A stretch of 50,326 bases of DNA, taken from NCBI GenBank assembly GCA_001791795.1, contig MGFH01000206.1, positions 1-50,326 on the forward strand, written 5' to 3'. Below the pieces are notes generated by a model. The model had not been told where the DNA came from and did no database searches. It was given only the letters and a program-made list of their open reading frames with translations. The translations under genes were made by a program, and so were the position numbers. This DNA is from Candidatus Wallbacteria bacterium GWC2_49_35. Its GTDB lineage: Bacteria > Muiribacteriota > UBA9980. Below, piece after piece: positions 44,308 through 50,326 of this stretch (its first letter is position 1; every line of letters starts with the position of its first letter).

Positions 44308-46227
44308 TTAATTTTTAACGGCCGGCATTTTGGGAAGCGTAATTACGATGCCTTTTCTGGCTTCATCGTAAGATTTGGTGCCCGTCGTGTCCTTGCCGTA
44401 GAAGTCGTCGTAGGCGAATCCATAAACCCTGTTGCCGATAGCTTTTTCGTGGAGGATTTGCGCGTAAACGTTGAACTGTCCGGCGTTTATTGTATTGGTC
44501 TTATAAAAATCCCTGCTCATATCGGCCTGGCCGAAAACGCCTCTGTTCAAAGCCGCGCATATGAAAGCGTGAAGTTTGTTGACCGCGGGCGTTTTGTTGT
44601 TTGGCAGCGGTTCGCCGTCGCACTTGAATACCATTTTGGAACCGGGTTTAGAAGAGATGGTTCTCGTTTCAAGTATGGTCTCTGAGTTCGGCTTTCTTAT
44701 GTCGATTTTAAAGGAGCCGTCGGTCTGCACTTTTCCCCTGAAGTTCCAGTCGTAAGTGACATTCAGCTCGTTCGTGCCGTAATGGGCCCATGAATTGGCG
44801 ATGGAGCTCGACAGATAATCATCAAATTTCGTCAGGTTATAAGGGGCGCTGACACGCATGATATTGCCTTTGGCGTCTTTTATCACGCAGTCTTTCCAAT
44901 TGTCAGTGCGTTTTAAGAATTCGTTCGCTACATCGTCGTTGCTCGCGACTTCGAATCCTCTGTCCGCGACGTCGCTATTGAATTTCAACTTGAACGCTAT
45001 GCCTAAAAAATCCACCACGGTTGTATTGAGCGTTACCTGGCCGTCGCAGGTCAGCTCGTATTTATCGAATATCGTATTTCTATCCAGATCAGGGTTGTCC
45101 GCCGAAGGCTCCTGGAGGGAGTTGGCTATTTTGTCAACTCCGATATGGCCCTTTTTTCCGAGAAAAATATAGGATTTGCCGGAGATCATGCATTTGAACG
45201 GCTGAGTGTATTTATATTTGGTTACGCCGTTTTCGATCGTAGCTATGCTCGAGAGGCTGAAGCAGAAATTGGCGGCCGCATTCGTGTCGAGTATATTGAC
45301 CATGTCTTTTTTGTTGATATCGAAATAATAGAATTTACCATGGTCGTCTTTGCCGGTAACGGCTAAATAAATGTTTTCGGCTTTATAAACCTGCGTGTTG
45401 TTTTCGATCGAAACGGAAAAACCGTCGACAGCGGCGTTTCCGGCTAATATTTGCGTCGTTATGACGCCGGGTGCCGCCGACACGCCGGATGCGGATGCGA
45501 ATTCATGGCCCTGCTTGCCCGCGCTTATTGAATGGTCCTGTTCCGGGGCCACGCCGTAAAAAAACGTTACGCCGCTATCGTAAGTGGCGGGCGCGTTCCA
45601 GTCGATTGTTGCGGAGGCCGTCTGATGGCCTCTGGCTTCGTAGGCGGGAGAAGCCGTTCCGACGCCGGTTTTACTGAGCGAAACTTCCACGCTCGCATCC
45701 TCCGGGCCTGCCAAAAGCGGAAAAACGTCGGTGATCACGCTGATATAGGCCTTGGCGGGATCGAACGGATGGCCCGGGCCGAAATAAAGCGTCCATTCTT
45801 TCTGTGAGATCTGCGTGATCGAATGCCGTTCATTGGAATCGACGGTGAATATGGTGACGGCTGGAATATAGCCTTCGGCCGAGCTTGCTATTTTATATCT
45901 GCCCGGCCCGACGCCGCCGAACGAATAGCTTCCATCGGCTCCGGTGACGGCGGTTTTATAAACGCCTGCGCCTGATATGCCGCCTTCGGGATCGGAGGTC
46001 AGAATGCAGTTGATACCGCTTAGAGCCAGCCGGCTTACCGGGCTTTTTATCGTGCCTTTTACTTCGTATAATGAGTCGGCGCCGTTTCCAACGCCGAAAA
46101 TTTCGTCGCTTTCGTCGAAAGCGCAGCCGGAATGGAAGAACAAGGCTGAAGCCAGTAAAAAAATCGCCAATAAACTGATACCGTTTTTTAAAAATTTTAA
46201 TAATTGATTTTTCCGCATCATGATCAT
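44308..46227 (-). CDS. Putative lipoprotein: carboxypeptidase-regulatory-like beta domains plus GH64 beta-1,3-glucanase
   Basis: Signal peptide ending SGC; TGADGSYSFGGVGPGRYKI; GH64 motifs FDKYELT, NTTVVDF, CAALNRG, NVYAQILH...VYGFAYDD. Confidence 0.75.
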   Translation of the reverse strand: MIMMRKNQLLKFLKNGISLLAIFLLASALFFHSGCAFDESDEIFGVGNGADSLYEVKGTIKSPVSRLALSGINCILTSDPEGGISGAGVYKTAVTGADGSYSFGGVGPGRYKIASSAEGYIPAVTIFTVDSNERHSITQISQKEWTLYFGPGHPFDPAKAYISVITDVFPLLAGPEDASVEVSLSKTGVGTASPAYEARGHQTASATIDWNAPATYDSGVTFFYGVAPEQDHSISAGKQGHEFASASGVSAAPGVITTQILAGNAAVDGFSVSIENNTQVYKAENIYLAVTGKDDHGKFYYFDINKKDMVNILDTNAAANFCFSLSSIATIENGVTKYKYTQPFKCMISGKSYIFLGKKGHIGVDKIANSLQEPSADNPDLDRNTIFDKYELTCDGQVTLNTTVVDFLGIAFKLKFNSDVADRGFEVASNDDVANEFLKRTDNWKDCVIKDAKGNIMRVSAPYNLTKFDDYLSSSIANSWAHYGTNELNVTYDWNFRGKVQTDGSFKIDIRKPNSETILETRTISSKPGSKMVFKCDGEPLPNNKTPAVNKLHAFICAALNRGVFGQADMSRDFYKTNTINAGQFNVYAQILHEKAIGNRVYGFAYDDFYGKDTTGTKSYDEARKGIVITLPKMPAVKN

Positions 46228-46266
46228 GACATCTCCATATTAATTATTAGCACCTATAAAAATAAC

Positions 46267-47502
46267 TTAAACGACTTTTCTGTAAATCTCGATAATATCC
46301 GAATATCTTAATTTTCTGGCGTTGGGTATATGCAACTGGCCGTGGCCGTAAAGGCGGATCACGTCGGAAGCGAGTTTGTCGATCGTTTCTTCCGTAAGTC
46401 CGTAGCTGCTTAATTTTTTGAAAGATCCGAGCTTCGTGAATAATTCCGTAAAACAATCTACGGCGTTAGCCGCGCGTTCCACGCAGCCTGTTTCTTCCTT
46501 ATATGCGTCAATAAGCCGTAATCCTTCGCCGGCGAGCCTTTTGAATATATTCAGATATAATTTTTCATAGCGGTCGGAGGCGTGTTCGAATGAAAACTGC
46601 ATTAAGTGCGGAAAAAGAGCGCCCAGGCCGAGGCCGTGAGGTACTCCGAAATAAGCCGACAGCGGGTGCTCGAGGTCGTGCAGCGGGAAATCTCCGCCGC
46701 GGCCGACGTGAGTGATGCCAGTGAGCGCGAGAAGCGATATGTAAAATATATTTTCGTGCTCGTTGACGGAGGCCTCACCTCGAATTATCTTAAAAGCGTT
46801 TTTAATCAGATCGCATGCGAGCGTTTCCGTCAGCGAATCGGCTACCGGTGAAGTATCGCCGCCCGAAATATAAGTTTCAATAAGATGCGCCATAATATCG
46901 GTCACGGCATATCCGGCCTGTTCAAGCGGAAGGTCGAGGCAGAATTCGGGATCGACGATCGCGAGCGCCGGCATGATAAGCGGCGTGGTCAGAACCGCTT
47001 TCTCCTTCGTTTCGGAATTCGATATAACTGAAAATATCGAGATTTCGGCTCCGGAGCCGTATCGGGTCGGGATCGTAATGACCGGCAGCGCGCCTTTTAC
47101 TTCCGCGGTCTCACAATCATCCCAGCGGCGGATATAATCCCATATTTCGCCGCCGGAAATAGCTAGCGCCGCTGCGGCTTTAGCAGCGTCCATAGCCGAG
47201 CCGCCGCCGAAGCCTATGACGAAATCGCATCCGGTTTCATTTATTATCCGGGCCGCTTCGTTTACTTCGTCCGCGCGCGGATTGGGCGATATTTTCGAAT
47301 ATGTTTCGCTCATGATCCCGAATGAGGCCAGCATGCCGGCTAAACGCTCGATGTTACCCGTTCTTTTGAGATAGTTCGCGCCGGTGACTATCAGCGCTTT
47401 GCATCCGGCGGCGCCGCAGTTTTTGATAAGTTCGCCGGCTTCCTCGAATACGCCCGAACCGAAGGCGACCGCCGGCATTCCGTCTAAATTGAAACTTTCC
47501 AT
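46267..47502 (-). CDS. Iron-containing alcohol dehydrogenase (BdhA/YqhD-like)
   Basis: GFGGGSAMDAAK, IPTRYGSGAE, DIMAHLIE, LHDLEH, HGLGL. Confidence 0.9.
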   Translation of the reverse strand: MESFNLDGMPAVAFGSGVFEEAGELIKNCGAAGCKALIVTGANYLKRTGNIERLAGMLASFGIMSETYSKISPNPRADEVNEAARIINETGCDFVIGFGGGSAMDAAKAAAALAISGGEIWDYIRRWDDCETAEVKGALPVITIPTRYGSGAEISIFSVISNSETKEKAVLTTPLIMPALAIVDPEFCLDLPLEQAGYAVTDIMAHLIETYISGGDTSPVADSLTETLACDLIKNAFKIIRGEASVNEHENIFYISLLALTGITHVGRGGDFPLHDLEHPLSAYFGVPHGLGLGALFPHLMQFSFEHASDRYEKLYLNIFKRLAGEGLRLIDAYKEETGCVERAANAVDCFTELFTKLGSFKKLSSYGLTEETIDKLASDVIRLYGHGQLHIPNARKLRYSDIIEIYRKVV

Positions 47503-47560
47503 AATTATCCTCTTTTTTATAATTTATGACATTGAACGACTTTCCGTTATTTTTTTAAAA

Positions 47561-47589
47561 AGTATATATTTTTTCATCTATTATGTCAA
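47561..47589 (-). promoter_or_regulatory. Putative sigma70 promoter of Fe-ADH
   Basis: TTGACA (47589-47584), 17 nt, TATACT (47566-47561). Confidence 0.65.
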
Positions 47590-47628
47590 TTAATTTATAT
47601 TATACAAAAAAAGTAATTGACTGAAAAA

Positions 47629-47657
47629 TTGATTTTATCGCTAATATTTAGTATAAT
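47629..47657 (+). promoter_or_regulatory. Putative sigma70 promoter of the phosphodiesterase gene
   Basis: TTGATT (47629-47634), 17 nt, TATAAT (47652-47657). Confidence 0.6.
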
Positions 47658-47685
47658 TGATATGTTAAATTAAAATTTAAGAGCG

Positions 47686-49980
47686 ATGGTGATAGATATG
47701 ATAATAAAATCCAAAATTAAACTTACCTTTATAGCATGCGTTTTCACTGCTATGTTTTATTTAATTTTATCACTGCCGGGCGCCGCTTTCGGGGCTGATG
47801 ACGCCGCAGGCGCTTATCAGCGTTATCAATACGACTATGAACAGCTGAAAAAAGCCGTGGAATCAGGCGTCGGCTCTGACGTGGTTGAAAAACTGGCCCG
47901 TAAATACTCCGATTCGCTGAACGCATATAAAAAAGCCGCGGGCGGCGCTGAAACGCCCCCGAATGAATCATCCGCTCCCGCCGCCGCCGCTGGAGCGGCG
48001 GCCGACGCTTCCGGCGAAAGCGCCTCTCAGGCGGCTGCCTCGCAGGATCCCGATTCACTTATAGCCGGCTTGCGCTGGAAGGCGCAAACCGCTCTGCTGC
48101 CCGCCGGAAAAGCCGAGGCGCGTATCGAACTTGCCATGGCTCTTCTACTACATAAAAACGACGCCGCCGGGGCCTCTAAACTTCTTAACGAAGCCATATC
48201 GCTTCTGCGTACAGCCGCCGTGGCCGATGGCGCAGCTAAACTGCTCGAAAAGATCTCGAAACTTCAAAAGGCCATAAAACTTCGCACCGAATTATCCGTG
48301 AAATACGCCGCCATGCAGCAGAAGAAAAAAGCGGCCGACGCGGTTTCATGGCTCGCGCTCCCGCTCAAAGCGGCCCGAAAAGCACAATATTACGCCGCCT
48401 CGATCTCTTACCGCAAAACCCTCGCCGAATACTGCGCCGCGCTCGAAGGTAAAAACATCATATCGGCCTTCCTTTCGCCGGGCGAAAACCCCGAACGACT
48501 CGCCGCTCCCGCCAAGATCGTATTCATCCTTCTTGACGGCGTGCGCCAGGACGTTTTTCAAAAGCTGCTCGACGAAGGAAAATTGCCTAACATCAAAAAG
48601 ATCGCCGATAATGGCGTATATATCCGTAACGGCGTGTCCGTTCTCCCTTCGACCACCGGCCCCGCATACGCGCCGTTTGTCATGGGCCTCGGCCCCGCTA
48701 AATCCAAACTTTCGGGTATCAGGCTTTTTGACCGCGTTACCGGCACCTACCGCGTTTATTGCGGCACCGATAACGCTAAGATCAACGACGACGCAGCTAA
48801 AGAATTTCCAACCATATACGAGCTGCTCTCCGATAAAAGCACGCTTACTGTCTTCGGCATGGTTGACCGCGGCGTCGCTAAAAGCGGCGTGCCCTGGATC
48901 CAGGTCGCATACAATAAACTCACCAAAGATTATAATAAAATGGATTCATCCCTCGTCGATCGCTTCCTTAAGGAAATGAGCAACGGCATACCCGTGTTCT
49001 CGTTCATATCGCTTCACTCGCCCGACTCCAACGGCCATAGCTACGGCGCTAATTGCGAATATTGCCAGGCGATAATATTCGAAGACTCCCTCGTCGGCCG
49101 CATCGTCGATCATATCGAGGCTTCAGGCGAACGCGGCCGCGTCAGCTTCGTCATTTCATCCGACCACGGCCTGGCCTCCACTACCAGAAGTTTCGACGTC
49201 GACGCCGCCCTCGCCGAAGACCTTAAAATGAACGCATACCACTCGATCCCTCGAAACACCATCGATTTCAACCTGTTCAAATCGCGCTTTAAAAACGACA
49301 TAATTACCGCCGTGTCAGGCAATGCGTGCGTGCTTGTTTATGTTAAAAAGCCCGGCGCGTCAACTTTCGCCGACCGCCCCTCCGAAGCCGAACTTCGCTC
49401 ATACCCCGATCGCCTCCGTAAAAACCGCGTCGATCTTATCGCTTATTTCGCTTCGCAGCCCGGAATACGCCACGTGCTTTACCGCGGCAACGCCGGCCAA
49501 TATTTCGCCGAAACCTCAAACGGCAAAGCACTTATCAAAAGAAACGCCGGCGGCTTTTCATACAGCGTCGTAAGCGGCGCCGACCCGTTCGGCTACGCTT
49601 CGTCACCTAACGCCGCGGCGCTTACTGACGGCGCATTCCATACCGCCGATGAATGGCTCGCCGCCACAGGCCCGCTCGATTACCCCGACGCGCCCAACCT
49701 CATTGCCGACCTGCTCGATTCAAACTGCGGCGGCGATATAGTGCTTCTCGCCGCGCCCGATTACGAGCCGTGGAACGAAGGCCAGAAAGGCGTTCACGGA
49801 AACCTTTCTTACGACCAGATCAAAGTACCCATAATATTCTCCGGCCCCGCATTCAAAACAGGCGCCGTTATTGAATCCGCCCGCACCGTCGACGTATTCC
49901 CGACCATGCTTCGCGCGCTCGGCCGCGAAATCCCCGCCGCTATCGACGGTAAGATCATTCCAGGCGCGCTTAAATATTAA
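47686..49980 (+). CDS. Secreted alkaline-phosphatase-superfamily (NPP-type) phosphodiesterase with helical N-terminal extension
   Basis: Signal peptide; ILLDGVR, SVLPSTT (Thr nucleophile), SPDSNGH, SSDHG, GVHG, RTVDVFPTML. Confidence 0.85.
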   Translation: MVIDMIIKSKIKLTFIACVFTAMFYLILSLPGAAFGADDAAGAYQRYQYDYEQLKKAVESGVGSDVVEKLARKYSDSLNAYKKAAGGAETPPNESSAPAAAAGAAADASGESASQAAASQDPDSLIAGLRWKAQTALLPAGKAEARIELAMALLLHKNDAAGASKLLNEAISLLRTAAVADGAAKLLEKISKLQKAIKLRTELSVKYAAMQQKKKAADAVSWLALPLKAARKAQYYAASISYRKTLAEYCAALEGKNIISAFLSPGENPERLAAPAKIVFILLDGVRQDVFQKLLDEGKLPNIKKIADNGVYIRNGVSVLPSTTGPAYAPFVMGLGPAKSKLSGIRLFDRVTGTYRVYCGTDNAKINDDAAKEFPTIYELLSDKSTLTVFGMVDRGVAKSGVPWIQVAYNKLTKDYNKMDSSLVDRFLKEMSNGIPVFSFISLHSPDSNGHSYGANCEYCQAIIFEDSLVGRIVDHIEASGERGRVSFVISSDHGLASTTRSFDVDAALAEDLKMNAYHSIPRNTIDFNLFKSRFKNDIITAVSGNACVLVYVKKPGASTFADRPSEAELRSYPDRLRKNRVDLIAYFASQPGIRHVLYRGNAGQYFAETSNGKALIKRNAGGFSYSVVSGADPFGYASSPNAAALTDGAFHTADEWLAATGPLDYPDAPNLIADLLDSNCGGDIVLLAAPDYEPWNEGQKGVHGNLSYDQIKVPIIFSGPAFKTGAVIESARTVDVFPTMLRALGREIPAAIDGKIIPGALKY

Positions 49981-50000
49981 ATTAAACAGGACGTTGATGG

Positions 50001-50043
50001 ATGGAGGGAAAGAAAGGGGCAATGCCCCTCTCTTTCCCTCCAT
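50001..50043. terminator. 20-bp stem hairpin after the phosphodiesterase gene
   Basis: ATGGAGGGAAAGAAAGGGGC / GCCCCTCTCTTTCCCTCCAT with one mismatch and a 3-nt loop; no U-tract. Confidence 0.55.
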
Positions 50044-50212
50044 AGCCTCCCAATCTCTCCCGAAATTGCCTGACGCTTTATTTTTATGTCGCGACCGCTT
50101 TTCTTTTCTGCCTTTAAGCCTGTCTGTTGCATCTTATCTTACCGTATCGTATATTACTTTAATCTCTAATCTCTTTCCTGTCTTGAATTTCTGTCTTGCC
50201 TGCTGTTTTTTT

Positions 50213-50238
50213 GCAGTTGCGCGCATGCGCGCAACTGC
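50213..50238. repeat. Perfect 26-bp palindrome immediately upstream of the intron insertion site
   Basis: GCAGTTGCGCGCATGCGCGCAACTGC equals its own reverse complement. Confidence 0.9.
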
Positions 50239-50245
50239 GAAGCAT

Positions 50246-50326
50246 GTGCGCCCGGCATGGGCGATAACTTGGCGGTGAAAGTCCACTATGGGGTTGATAA
50301 CAGCGACCATTAGCCAAAGGCAAGGG
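50246..50326 (+). mobile_element. 5' end of a group II (class IIC) intron, truncated by window end
   Basis: Begins GTGCGCCCGGCATGGGCG...GGTGAAAGTCC...TTAGCCAAAGGCAAGGG, matching the recalled 5' domain-I sequence of IIC introns (B.h.I1/GsI-IIC type); starts 7 nt after a stem-loop, as IIC introns do. Confidence 0.85.

Noticed and set aside
49871-50278. 135-aa plus-strand ORF spanning the hairpins and intron start
   Set aside because: Overlaps the phosphodiesterase end out of frame, crosses structural elements and has low-complexity composition
50246-50326. Possible rRNA fragment at the window end
   Set aside because: No rRNA signature; the sequence matches a group II intron 5' end (GTGCG start, GAAA-loop stem)

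Overview
Chromosomal segment of a diderm, probably anaerobic bacterium (outer-membrane beta-barrel proteins, lipoproteins, 2-oxoacid:ferredoxin oxidoreductase, Fe-ADH). By eye, genes are moderately GC-rich and intergenic regions are AT-rich, with many near-consensus sigma70 promoters. The style (HEAT/TPR-rich exported proteins, TTG starts) reminds me of candidate phyla such as Wallbacteria/Riflebacteria; this is an unverified impression. The window starts inside glyA and ends 81 nt into the 5' end of a group IIC intron, so it may be a contig broken at the intron. Housekeeping and metabolic content: glyA, korAB, glyQS, lon, thrC-like, ECF S component, mocA, a three-subunit xanthine-dehydrogenase-family enzyme with XdhC, nadK, Fe-ADH, GH64 glucanase, NPP-family phosphodiesterase, tusA, an ABC-2 exporter and several signalling proteins. 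Most interesting observations: (1) a ParB-like CTPase gene coupled to a spore-photoproduct-lyase-like radical SAM enzyme that lacks both SPL radical-relay residues; (2) a 904-aa lipoprotein with repeated membrane-insertion-like hairpins, co-oriented with a degenerate nucleotidyltransferase; (3) a ~40-aa Tyr-patterned N-terminal module shared by that protein and an unrelated secreted phosphodiesterase; (4) a membrane-anchored protein with a triplicated HEAT module; (5) a His-less pseudo-kinase paired with an anti-sigma kinase; (6) two dispersed 5x7-bp NAYAGTG arrays; (7) a non-T-box structured, terminator-ending leader before glyQS; (8) a group IIC intron inserted behind a perfect 26-bp palindrome. 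No rRNA, tRNA, CRISPR array, transposase or prophage genes were seen. All family assignments come from motif recognition, not database searches.
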